Notes: generated by a model from the sequence alone, not told the origin. DNA of 56,295 nt from Clostridia bacterium (GCA_017938425.1 JAGBBQ010000086.1:1-56295), one strand, 5' to 3'. Numbered from the stretch's first letter, positions 34,676 to 43,802 are shown. Numbers and translations: made by a program.

Positions 34676-36148
34676 ATGAAGTATTTACTCGGAGTTGATT
34701 TCGGCGGCGGCGCCTCCAAGGCGACGCTGCTCGACGAAAACGGACGCATTGCCGCGGAGCATACGGTGGAATACCCGACGCTCTACCCCGAGGCGGGTGC
34801 CTGCGAGCAATCCCCCGCGGACTGGATATCGGCGCTTTGCGAGAACACGAAAAGCCTCATCGAAAAAAGCGGCATCGACGCTGCGGACATCGCGGCGGTG
34901 GCACTCGACTCGGCCACGCACACCTCGCTGCTTTGCGACGAGAACTTCCGTCCGCTCGGCAATGCGATGCACTGGACCGACAGCCGCAGCCGCGTAGAGG
35001 CAAACGAGCTTCTTTCGCAGCACGGCGAAGAGATCTTTAAAAAAACCTTCCATAAGCCCGACACGATCTGGACGCTGCCCCAGCTTTGCTGGATGAAGCG
35101 GCACAGGACGGAGCTTTTCGATCGGGCGCGTTATATTTTCTTTGAAAAGGATTATTTAAGGTACTTTCTGACCGGGGTCTTCTGCACCGACTATATCGAG
35201 GCCGAGGGCAGCATGCTCTTCGACTGCAATACGATGGTCTGGGACGAGGCGCTTTGCGCGCTTGCGGGCATCCGCACCGATATGCTCCCGCCCATCAAGA
35301 GTCCGACCGATACGGTCGGCTTCGTTACGGTTGAGGCGGCAAAAACGACGGCGCTTGCCGCCGGCACACCCGTGATCTGCGGCTCGACCGATACGGTGAT
35401 GGAGATCTTTGCCTCGGGCGCGGTGGAAAAGGGAGATATGACCGTGAAGCTGGCGACGGCGGGGCGCATCTGCGTGATCACCGACCGCCCCTGCCCCGAC
35501 CGCCATCTCGTGAACTATTCGCACATTGCCGAGGGGCTCTGGTATCCCGGTACGGCAACGAAGGCGGCGGCGGCATCCTACCGCTGGTACAGAGACACCT
35601 TCGGCGAGGACTACCGCACGCTGGATGCGGCGGCCGCCGCTCTGCCCGTGGGCGCGGAGGGTGTTTTCTTCCACCCCTACATCAACGGCGAGCTGACCCC
35701 CTACGCAGATCCCCTGCTTTGCGGCAGCTTTACCGGTCTGCGCGCCACCCATACGAAGGCGCACTTCACGCGCGCCGTGCTCGAGGGCGTTGCGCTCTCG
35801 CTGCTGGAGAGCAAGCAGTACCTCGACGGGCTCGGCATCCCCCATAAGGGATACGCCACCCTGATCGGCGGCGGCGCAAAGGGAACGCTCTGGCGGCAGA
35901 TCACCGCCGATGCACTCGGCATTACCCTGCACGTCACCGAGAGCGCAGACTCCTCGCTCGGCTCCGCGATGCTTGCGGGCATCGCCGCCGGCATATTTAA
36001 GGACGCGAGGGATGCCGTACAAAAATGCGTGAAGCGCGTGGCGACGGTGACCCCCGATCCCGAGAATACGGAAAAATACAAAGCGCTTTTGGGGACCTAT
36101 AAGAGGATCCATGATGCGCTTGCACCGATCTATCACGAAAACAAATAA
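34676..36148 (+). CDS. FGGY-family carbohydrate kinase (xylulokinase/glycerol kinase-like)
   Basis: N-terminal YLLGVDFGGGASKATLLD, HWTDSR and C-terminal GGGAKGTLWRQITADALG motifs. Confidence 0.88.
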   Translation: MKYLLGVDFGGGASKATLLDENGRIAAEHTVEYPTLYPEAGACEQSPADWISALCENTKSLIEKSGIDAADIAAVALDSATHTSLLCDENFRPLGNAMHWTDSRSRVEANELLSQHGEEIFKKTFHKPDTIWTLPQLCWMKRHRTELFDRARYIFFEKDYLRYFLTGVFCTDYIEAEGSMLFDCNTMVWDEALCALAGIRTDMLPPIKSPTDTVGFVTVEAAKTTALAAGTPVICGSTDTVMEIFASGAVEKGDMTVKLATAGRICVITDRPCPDRHLVNYSHIAEGLWYPGTATKAAAASYRWYRDTFGEDYRTLDAAAAALPVGAEGVFFHPYINGELTPYADPLLCGSFTGLRATHTKAHFTRAVLEGVALSLLESKQYLDGLGIPHKGYATLIGGGAKGTLWRQITADALGITLHVTESADSSLGSAMLAGIAAGIFKDARDAVQKCVKRVATVTPDPENTEKYKALLGTYKRIHDALAPIYHENK

Positions 36149-36171
36149 AACAAGTAAAAGGAGATTTGAAA

Positions 36172-37029
36172 ATGAAATACACGGACATCAATCTGATCCC
36201 GCCCGAGGAGCTCGGCGTTGGAAGCAATATTAAGCTGAACGTATGCGAGCACGAGGTCGATATGTACTGGAAGGTCGCGATCGAGGTGCTTGAGGTCATT
36301 GCGGAAAACAACCGCAAGGGCGAGCCCACCGTTATGATCGTTCCCTACGGCCCTCTCGGTCCTTACGCGCGCATTGCGGAGCTCGTGAACAAATACCGCA
36401 TCTCCCTTAAAAAGTGCGTTTTCATCAATATGGACGAATACCTCACCGAGGATCTCCAATACATCGATTATAACCATCCCCTCTCCTTCCGCGGCGGTAT
36501 GGACAGGACCTTCTACTCCAAGGTGGACGAGGAGCTGAACGTGCTTCCCGAGAACCGCATCTTCCCCGAGCCCGGCAACGAGGGCCGCATTCTTGAGATC
36601 ATCGAGAAGTACGGCAAGCTGGATATGGCGTTCGGCGGCGTTGGCATCAACGGCCATTACGCCTTCAACGAGCCCCCGGAGGCAGGGGAGAAGGTGACGC
36701 CCGAGGAATTCGCGCAACGCCCCACCCGCACGCTGAAGATCGCGCGCGAGACGAGGACCATCAATGCGTTTATGAACTGCGGCGCGAACATCGAGGCGAT
36801 CCCCGAGAACTGCATCACCGTGGGTATGAAGGAGATCCTGATGGCGAAAAAGATCCGTATGTGCATGCCCCGCGACTGGAACGCGGCGGCACTGCGCAAG
36901 GTGCTTCACGGCGGCGTGACGGCAAGCGTGCCCTGCTCGCTCTTCCAAAACCATCCCGACGCGCTTCTCTACGCGGCGAAGGTGGCGACTGCCTGCCCCG
37001 TGCCCGAGATCCGCGTTTACAACAAATAA
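36172..37029 (+). CDS. Glucosamine-6-phosphate deaminase (NagB)-family protein, copy 2
   Basis: FINMDEY ... FGGVGINGHYAFNEP ... TVGMKEILMAKKI. ATG at 36172 lies 7 nt after aaaggaga. Paralogous to 33865-34662. Confidence 0.85.
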   Translation: MKYTDINLIPPEELGVGSNIKLNVCEHEVDMYWKVAIEVLEVIAENNRKGEPTVMIVPYGPLGPYARIAELVNKYRISLKKCVFINMDEYLTEDLQYIDYNHPLSFRGGMDRTFYSKVDEELNVLPENRIFPEPGNEGRILEIIEKYGKLDMAFGGVGINGHYAFNEPPEAGEKVTPEEFAQRPTRTLKIARETRTINAFMNCGANIEAIPENCITVGMKEILMAKKIRMCMPRDWNAAALRKVLHGGVTASVPCSLFQNHPDALLYAAKVATACPVPEIRVYNK

Positions 37030-37030
37030 T

Positions 37031-38218
37031 ATGAAGAAAATGATCGTTTCGGGGGTGCGCGCGGTCTTGCCGACGGGCATTCTCGAGGACTGCTGCGTGC
37101 GCATCGAAAACGGCGTGATCGCCGCGCTTGACTGCCCCGACCGTGAAATGGCGGGCTACGAAAGCCTTGACGGCGGCGGCGCGTATCTCTTCCCCGGCTT
37201 TATCGACCTGCACGTGCACGGCGGCGGCGGCGCGGACTTTATGGATGCGACGCCCGCGGCGTTTGAGACTGCGGTCAGAACCCATCTTGCGCACGGCACC
37301 ACGCGCCTCTATCCGACCGCGATGAGCGCGACGGAGGAGGACCTTGCCGCCTTTATCGCGGCGTATCACACATTTAAAAAGGAAAGCCCCCTTGCCGCTC
37401 TGGCACCGGGGCTCCATCTGGAGGGGCCGTATTTTCAGGGCGCGGGGCAAAAGAGCAGCGGTGCACAGCCGAAGGGCGTGCTGCGCCTGCCCGACCTTGC
37501 CGAGGTCGACCGCCTGCTTGCGCTTGCACACGGCGCGATCCTTCGCTGGGATGCGGCGCCCGAGCTTGCGGGTGCGCCCGCATTTGCTTCGTATCTGAAG
37601 GCGCGCGGCATCCGCACCGCCGTGGCACACACAGATGCCACCGCAGAGGAATGCGCGAGAGGCTTTGACAGCGGCTTTTCCCACGTGACGCATTTTTACA
37701 ATGCGACGAGCATGCACAGAAAGCGCGAACAGACGGTGTACGCCGGCGTGGTGGAGGCGACCTACCTTGACGACCGCGTCAGCATAGAGCTGATCGGCGA
37801 CGGCTGCCATATTCCGCGCGAGGATATTCTGCTTGCGATGAAGATCAAGGGAGCGGAGGCGGTTTCCGTGATCACGGACGCCACGCGCATCGCGGGCACG
37901 GACTGCAAGACCGCCAAGCTCGGCAGCCTGAAAAACGGCACCGACGTGATCGTGGAGGACGGCGTGGCAAAGCTGCCCGACCGAAGCTCCTTTGCGGGAA
38001 GCATTGCCACGATGGACCGCTGCCTGCGCGTTTTGTGCGAACGCTATGGGATCATGCCGAGCACGGCGTCGGTGCTTCTTTCGCTTGCGCCCGCGCGCTA
38101 TATGGGAATTGCAGACAGAAAGGGATCGATCGCCGTCGGCAAGGACGCGGATCTCTGCCTCGTCACAGAGGATTACAAAATCAAGAACGTGATCGTCGGC
38201 GGCGAGATCGCCGTCTGA
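37031..38218 (+). CDS. nagA: N-acetylglucosamine-6-phosphate deacetylase
   Basis: GFIDLHVHGGGGADFMD, HLEGPY, VAHTDAT and HFYNA motifs of NagA amidohydrolases. Confidence 0.9.
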   Translation: MKKMIVSGVRAVLPTGILEDCCVRIENGVIAALDCPDREMAGYESLDGGGAYLFPGFIDLHVHGGGGADFMDATPAAFETAVRTHLAHGTTRLYPTAMSATEEDLAAFIAAYHTFKKESPLAALAPGLHLEGPYFQGAGQKSSGAQPKGVLRLPDLAEVDRLLALAHGAILRWDAAPELAGAPAFASYLKARGIRTAVAHTDATAEECARGFDSGFSHVTHFYNATSMHRKREQTVYAGVVEATYLDDRVSIELIGDGCHIPREDILLAMKIKGAEAVSVITDATRIAGTDCKTAKLGSLKNGTDVIVEDGVAKLPDRSSFAGSIATMDRCLRVLCERYGIMPSTASVLLSLAPARYMGIADRKGSIAVGKDADLCLVTEDYKIKNVIVGGEIAV

Positions 38219-38234
38219 CAAAGGATAAGCGCTT

Positions 38235-39605
38235 ATGAAAATCGTTGTTTGCATCCGCCTCGGGCCGGACGGAGAGCCCGGCCCCTTTGACGCCTGCGCG
38301 TACGAGGCGGCGCTCCGTATCGAGGGAGCGGAGATCACCCTGCTTTCTATGGCGGGCGAGGCGGCGAAAGAGCCGCTTTTACGCCTGACACGGCTCGGCG
38401 CGCAGCGTGCCGTTTTGCTATCGGATCGGGCGTTTGCGGGCGCGGATACGCTTGCGACCGCCAAAACGCTCGCGGCGGCGCTGAAAAGGCTTTCGCCCGA
38501 TCTCGTGATCACGGGAAGGCAGACGCTGATCGGAGATACCGCGCAGACCGGGCCGATGCTCGCGGTGCTTTGCGGCTACCCGATGATCACGAACGTGATG
38601 TCGGTTGACCGTGTGGATGCGGGTATCACCTGCACCACGCGCACCGAGGGACAAAGGCACGCCCCCTTCCCTGCGCTGATCACCGTGGAGCGCTTTCTTT
38701 CGCTGCGATTTCCGCGCCTGCGCTCACGTATGGGCGAGCTAACGGTATGGAACGCGGCAGAGCTCGGGCTATCCCCCGACGGTGTGGGGCTTGCGGGCTC
38801 TCCGACCCGCGTGCTGAGGACCTTTGAAAACCAAAGCGGCCGAAGAAAATGCAAGATGATCCGAAGAGAGGCGCTGCCCGAGGTCATCTCCGAGGCACTC
38901 GCCGCCTACCGTACGGTCGGTGCTTCCCCGTCTCCCTCTCCCGAGCGGCTATCTCGGCTATGCACCGTCGGAGAAGCGCCGATGGAATTTGCCAAAAGCG
39001 TCAGCGACGATATTACCGTCATCCCCATGACCGACGCGGCGACCGTGGCCGAAGCGATCGCGGCGCTTGCGCCCTCCGCGGTGCTTTGGGGCAGCGATGC
39101 TCCTGCAAAGCAGATGGCGGCAGAGGTGGCGGCACGCCTCTCTCTCGGTCTTTGTGCCGACTGCACGCGTCTGGAGGCGGAGAACGGCGCGCTGATGATG
39201 TACCGCCCCGCGCTCTCGGGCAGCACCGTTGCAAAGATAAAGAGCCTGACGCGCCCTGCGATGGCGACCGTAAGGACCGCAAGCGAGGGACATACGGACG
39301 TCGTTGTCGGTCTCGGATACGGCGTGAAGGACGAGCTCGCGCGTGCGATGAAATTTGCCGAGGCGCTCGGCGCAGAGACCGTGGCAAGCCGCAAGCTCGT
39401 GGACAACGGCTATCTTCCTTATGAAATGCAGCTCGGGCTGACCGGCAAAACGCTGAGCCCGCCCGTTTATATCGCGATCGGCATTTCGGGCGCGGTGCAT
39501 CATACCGTGGGTATGCAGGGCGCGGCAACGGTCATTGCGATCAACCCCGATAAGGATGCACCTATCTTCGATTATGCGGACTTTGGCATCATAGAAAATT
39601 TTTGA
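38235..39605 (+). CDS. Fused electron-transfer-flavoprotein beta-like/alpha-like protein (EtfB-EtfA fusion, compact form)
   Basis: The N-terminal ~190 aa is ETF-beta-like (KIVVCIR ... ACAYEAALRI ... ADTLATAKTLAAALKRLSPDLVITGRQTLIGDTAQTGPMLA). The C-terminus is the ETF-alpha FAD domain (LVDNGYLPYEMQLGLTGKTLSPPVYIAIGISGAVHHTVGMQGAATVIAINPDKDAPIF). Confidence 0.75.
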   Translation: MKIVVCIRLGPDGEPGPFDACAYEAALRIEGAEITLLSMAGEAAKEPLLRLTRLGAQRAVLLSDRAFAGADTLATAKTLAAALKRLSPDLVITGRQTLIGDTAQTGPMLAVLCGYPMITNVMSVDRVDAGITCTTRTEGQRHAPFPALITVERFLSLRFPRLRSRMGELTVWNAAELGLSPDGVGLAGSPTRVLRTFENQSGRRKCKMIRREALPEVISEALAAYRTVGASPSPSPERLSRLCTVGEAPMEFAKSVSDDITVIPMTDAATVAEAIAALAPSAVLWGSDAPAKQMAAEVAARLSLGLCADCTRLEAENGALMMYRPALSGSTVAKIKSLTRPAMATVRTASEGHTDVVVGLGYGVKDELARAMKFAEALGAETVASRKLVDNGYLPYEMQLGLTGKTLSPPVYIAIGISGAVHHTVGMQGAATVIAINPDKDAPIFDYADFGIIENF

Positions 39606-39619
39606 AAGGAAATGCGATT

Positions 39620-41029
39620 ATGTTGGATTATAAGATCAAGATCGGGCTCGTGGCGATGCGCAGAAACACCACGGACCGCCCGAGAGGGACCTTTCTCACC
39701 TGGTATTCCGCAGAGCAGCGCGGCAAGCGCTTTGTGGAATATATTGAAAAGAATTTTTCCGATGATCGCGTGAGCTTCACGGACAACAAGGGCATCGGCA
39801 TCGAGGATCTTGTCTTTGATGACAAGAGCGCGGCGGAGGTCGTAGAGCGCTTTCGTGCCGAGGCGGTGGATGCCGTGATGATCATCAACTGCAACTTCGG
39901 CAACGAGGAGGCGGCGGCAGACATCGCACAGGCGCTCGGAAAGCCCGTGCTTCTCTGGGCACCGCTGGACGATGAATACTACACGGACGGTATGCGCCCG
40001 ACGGACTCGCAGTGCGGCATGTTCGGCGTTTCCCGACAGATGCAGAGATATCATATTCCCTTCTCCTACATCCCCTCCTGCGAGGTGGACTCCGAGGAAT
40101 TCAAGGAGGGCTTTGACCGCTTCGTGCGCGTGGCGTGCATGGTCAAAAACTTCAAGGGCATGCGCATCGGTCAGATCGGCGCGCGCCCCGCTCCCTTTTT
40201 CTCGGTCATCTGGAACGAGGGCGAGCTGATGGAGCAATTCGGCATTCGCATCATCCCCATCAATTTCGCCGTCATCGAGCAAAGGATGAAGGATGCACCC
40301 GCGCTTTACGCCGACGAGATCGCCGAATACGAGACCTATTTTACCTCGAATTACGCGCTGGACGCGCTGACACCGAAATACGTTCACGCAATGGCAACGC
40401 TGGCGGCCGCATACAGGCATCTTTTCGAGGAATTTCGCTTAGACGTGATATCCGCCGAGTGCTGGACCGCGACGCCGATCATGTTCGACGGGCTTGCGCC
40501 CTGCGCGGTCTACGGTCTTTTGAACGATCTCGGCTATATGATCGCCTGCGAGAGCGACCTGCACGCGGCAATGACGATGGTGCTTTTAAAGTGCGCTACG
40601 CTCGGCCGCGGCTATCCGCTCTTCGGCGAATTTACCGTGCGGCATCCGCAGAATAAGAATGCGGAGCTGCTCTGGCACTGCGGCCCCTTCCCTCTCTCGC
40701 AAAAGGCACCCGAGAGCCGCGCGCGCCTCGTCAACCAGCGCATATGGATGCGGGCGAAGGACGGAGAATACACCGTCGCGCGTATCGACCGCGAGGAGGG
40801 CGGAAAATATATGCTGCTCCCTCTGCGCTGCCATACCACCGAGGGACCCGAGACGCACGGAACGTATATTTGGGGCGAATTCGAGGATCTCGGCGCTGTG
40901 GAGGCGCGGCTGATGGAGGGACCTTACATACATCACTTCATCGAGATCGAGGGCGACTACACGGCACAGCTCAGGGAATTCTGCAAGTATTTCCCGCGGC
41001 TTCATATCGACAACGCGCTGAATACATAA
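39620..41029 (+). CDS. L-fucose/L-arabinose isomerase-family protein (sugar isomerase, specificity unknown)
   Basis: About 470 aa, with an N-terminal KIGLVAMRR Rossmann-like module, PTDSQCGMFG, and a C-terminal beta-barrel-like part with HGTYIWGEF...YIHHF. The family call is by resemblance only. ATG at 39620 lies 9 nt after aaagga. Confidence 0.55.
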   Translation: MLDYKIKIGLVAMRRNTTDRPRGTFLTWYSAEQRGKRFVEYIEKNFSDDRVSFTDNKGIGIEDLVFDDKSAAEVVERFRAEAVDAVMIINCNFGNEEAAADIAQALGKPVLLWAPLDDEYYTDGMRPTDSQCGMFGVSRQMQRYHIPFSYIPSCEVDSEEFKEGFDRFVRVACMVKNFKGMRIGQIGARPAPFFSVIWNEGELMEQFGIRIIPINFAVIEQRMKDAPALYADEIAEYETYFTSNYALDALTPKYVHAMATLAAAYRHLFEEFRLDVISAECWTATPIMFDGLAPCAVYGLLNDLGYMIACESDLHAAMTMVLLKCATLGRGYPLFGEFTVRHPQNKNAELLWHCGPFPLSQKAPESRARLVNQRIWMRAKDGEYTVARIDREEGGKYMLLPLRCHTTEGPETHGTYIWGEFEDLGAVEARLMEGPYIHHFIEIEGDYTAQLREFCKYFPRLHIDNALNT

Positions 41030-41063
41030 TGAAAGGGGATGCTTCATTCCGGCATCACCCCTA

Positions 41064-41112
41064 CAGAGCGAGGATTTCGTTAAAAAACACGGCATCTTCG
41101 CTCTGTTTTTTT
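41064..41112 (+). terminator. Possible operon-end terminator
   Basis: cagagcga ... tcgctctg, an 8-bp stem with a large 26-nt loop, followed by ttttttt. Confidence 0.45.
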
Positions 41113-41251
41113 GCTTTCAAGCCCAAAGCAGTCCGGATCCTCTTATTCTGAATGACTCCGCCCCTGCTTTTGCGGTGCGATCTATGCATACGGATTTGTT
41201 TCCAAATCTGCAGGAAAATTTTAACAAAAACACAGCTTTGTTCATTTTTTG

Positions 41252-41280
41252 TTGACAAATCCAACGTTTTATGCTATACT
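41252..41280 (+). promoter_or_regulatory. Sigma-A type promoter of the MarR-led cluster
   Basis: TTGACA (41252-41257), 17-nt spacer, TGc-TATACT (41275-41280). Confidence 0.75.
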
Positions 41281-41323
41281 GTAAGGGTGTTTGTTGATAT
41301 TTCAACATGAAAAGGAGCAAGAA

Positions 41324-41767
41324 TTGAAGCAGAGGTTTGAGACCTTCACGGTTCTGATCAACAAGATCAGCCGCAATATCAGAAAGATAAAGAACCAGGA
41401 GATGGCGGCGTACGGACTGCGCAGCACCCACGTTTCCTGCCTTTACTTCCTCTACTGCGCGCATTCACTGACCGCGACCGAGCTTTGCGAGCGCTGCGAG
41501 GAGGACAAGGCGACCGTATCGCGCGCCCTGGAATTTCTCGAAGAGAGGGGCTTTACCGCCCGCGCGCCCAAGGCTGCGAGGAGGTACAAGAGCCCCGTAT
41601 ATCTGACCGAAAAGGGCCTCGAGGCAGGAAAGAGGATCCACAATAAGGTCGGGCTCGTGCTCGACGAGGTCGGCGTCGGTCTTTCCGATGCGGAGCGCGA
41701 CCTTTTTTATAAATATCTCGGCATTATCAGCGATAATCTCGAGCACATCACGGAAGAACTGTCCTGA
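41324..41767 (+). CDS. MarR family transcriptional regulator
   Basis: Winged-HTH block LTATELCERCEEDKATVSRALEFLEERGF. TTG at 41324, 7 nt after aaaggag, is preferred because the track start (41291) is only ~10 nt from the -10 box. Confidence 0.85.
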   Translation: MKQRFETFTVLINKISRNIRKIKNQEMAAYGLRSTHVSCLYFLYCAHSLTATELCERCEEDKATVSRALEFLEERGFTARAPKAARRYKSPVYLTEKGLEAGKRIHNKVGLVLDEVGVGLSDAERDLFYKYLGIISDNLEHITEELS

Positions 41768-41806
41768 CCGTGATCGACACGCATACCGAATAAAGGACGA
41801 TTTTTT

Positions 41807-43102
41807 ATGACGAAAAAAACACCGAAGCTTATCCGCTGGGTCAGGCTTGACAATGCGGCTAAAATATATCCCGCCGCAAGAAAAAGAAACTGGAGCAATA
41901 TATACCGCCAATCCGTTACCCTCCGCGAGGAGGTGGATAAGACCGTGCTTGCCTCTGCCCTTGAGATGAACGTGAAGCGCTTCCCCACCATTGCGGCAAG
42001 GCTTCGCAAGGGGCTTTTCTGGTTTTACCTGCAGCAGGTGGATGCCGCCCCCGAGATTCGCGACGAATACAGCTATCCTCTCGTTTATATGAGCAAGGCG
42101 GAGATGCGAAAATGTGCCTTCCGCGTGATCGTTTACAAAAAGCGCATCGCCGTGGAATTCTTTCACTCTCTCACCGACGGAAACGGCGCGATGGTATTCT
42201 TAAAGAACCTCGTGGCGGAATACCTTGAGCAAAAATACGGTATATCCATCCCTTATGAAAACGGCATCCTTGACCGCAGAGAGGAGCCGCGCGAGGAGGA
42301 GATGGAGGACTGCTTCCCGAAAAACGCAGGCCCCGTGCCTGCCAGCCGCCGCGATACCGATGCCTGGCATATGTACGGCACACCGCAGAAGGACGGATTT
42401 TTGCATATGACCTGCTTTTGTCTCTCCGTTGCGGATGCCCTGGATGTGGCGCACCGCTACAATGCCACACTGACGGTATTTATGACCGCGGTGATGATGA
42501 TGGCACTGCTAAGGCTGCAAAACGAGATGGTGCCCCAAATAAAGCAGCAGAAGCCGGTCAAGGTGCTGATCCCGATCAACCTGCGCCACCTTTTCCCTGC
42601 GAGAACGCTCAGAAATTTTGCGATGTACACGATTCCCGAGGCCGATCCGCGGCTCGGCGAATATACCTTAGAGGAGATCATAGAGATCATACGGCACAAG
42701 ATGGGCGCGGAGTTTACCGCGAAGCATATGAGAAGCGTGATCGCCACCAACGTGAACGACGAGAAAAATCCGCTCGTGCGCCTGATCCCTCTGCCGCTGA
42801 AGAACCTGGTGATGAAGGCGATCTTCAACAGCGTGGGCGAAAAAAAGGCCTGCCTGACGCTCTCCAACATCGGAAGGATCGAGGTGCCCGCGGTGATGCA
42901 GCCCTATATCGAGCGCTTCGACTTCGTGCTTGGCGTGCAGGCGGCGGCACCCTACAACTGCGGTATGCTTTCCTACGGCGATACCGTATACCTAAGCTTC
43001 ATCCGCAACATCGAGGAGCCCGCGCTTGAGAGGCACTTTTTTGAGGTGCTGCACGCGCTCGGTCTGCCCGTGACCGTGGAAAGCAACAGAAACGAGAGGT
43101 AA
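41807..43102 (+). CDS. Condensation-domain-like acyltransferase with an HxxxDG motif (annotated in databases as alcohol acetyltransferase / WS-DGAT-PapA5-like superfamily)
   Basis: The catalytic-type motif FFHSLTDGNGAMVF lies about 120 aa from the N-terminus. 431 aa, two-lobed size typical of CAT-like condensation enzymes. Confidence 0.6.
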   Translation: MTKKTPKLIRWVRLDNAAKIYPAARKRNWSNIYRQSVTLREEVDKTVLASALEMNVKRFPTIAARLRKGLFWFYLQQVDAAPEIRDEYSYPLVYMSKAEMRKCAFRVIVYKKRIAVEFFHSLTDGNGAMVFLKNLVAEYLEQKYGISIPYENGILDRREEPREEEMEDCFPKNAGPVPASRRDTDAWHMYGTPQKDGFLHMTCFCLSVADALDVAHRYNATLTVFMTAVMMMALLRLQNEMVPQIKQQKPVKVLIPINLRHLFPARTLRNFAMYTIPEADPRLGEYTLEEIIEIIRHKMGAEFTAKHMRSVIATNVNDEKNPLVRLIPLPLKNLVMKAIFNSVGEKKACLTLSNIGRIEVPAVMQPYIERFDFVLGVQAAAPYNCGMLSYGDTVYLSFIRNIEEPALERHFFEVLHALGLPVTVESNRNER

Positions 43103-43106
43103 TGCT

Positions 43107-43802
43107 ATGTACTGTATAAAATGCGGCGTGAGGCTCGCCGATACGGAAAAGAAATGCCCACTCTGCGGCACGACCGTTTACCATCCCGAGATGGCGCGAG
43201 AGGCGGCGGAGCCTCTCTATCCCGAGAAAAGGATGCCGACCACCGCTTCGGGAAGAAAGGTGTTCTGCGGGGCGATCATCATACTCTTTATGTTCCCCCT
43301 CGTGCTTACCTTCCTTTCGGACATCTGGCCGGACGGACAGATCGACTGGTTCGGCTTCGTGGCGGGCGGCATCGTGCTCGCGTACCTGACCTTCGCCTTC
43401 CCCGTATGGTTCGAGAAGCCCAATCCCGTGATCCTCGTGCCCTGCAACTTTGCCGCGTATATCGCGTATATTCTGTACGTCTGTCTCGCGACGGGCGGCA
43501 GCTGGTTCTTCTCCGTGGCGCTCCCCGTTTCGCTCGGCGCGGCGGCGATCACCTGCACGCTCGTTTCCCTGCTCTACTGCCTCAAGGGAAAGGGCAGGCT
43601 CTATATCATCGGCGGCACGATCATCGCCATCGGCGCGCTGATGCTTATGATCGAATGGCTGATCGTGAAGGAATTTTCGGTTCCCTTCGTCGGCTGGTCG
43701 CTCTACCCCCTGATCACACTGGCTCTTTTCGGAGGGCTTCTCATTTATCTCGCAATGAATCGCGTCGCACGCGAAAAAATTGAGAGAAAGCTGTTTTTCT
43801 GA
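43107..43802 (+). CDS. Zinc-ribbon domain protein with about 5 TM helices
   Basis: N-terminus MYCIKCGVRLADTEKKCPLCGT (CxxC...CxxC), followed by multiple hydrophobic segments. Starts 4 nt after the acyltransferase stop. Confidence 0.7.
   Translation: MYCIKCGVRLADTEKKCPLCGTTVYHPEMAREAAEPLYPEKRMPTTASGRKVFCGAIIILFMFPLVLTFLSDIWPDGQIDWFGFVAGGIVLAYLTFAFPVWFEKPNPVILVPCNFAAYIAYILYVCLATGGSWFFSVALPVSLGAAAITCTLVSLLYCLKGKGRLYIIGGTIIAIGALMLMIEWLIVKEFSVPFVGWSLYPLITLALFGGLLIYLAMNRVAREKIERKLFF

Noticed and set aside
41030-41290. A possible ncRNA or riboswitch in the 260-bp gap after the FucI-like gene.
   Set aside because: Only a weak hairpin (aggggatgc...gcatcacccct), a probable terminator and the MarR promoter are visible. 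There is no extended conserved-looking structure.
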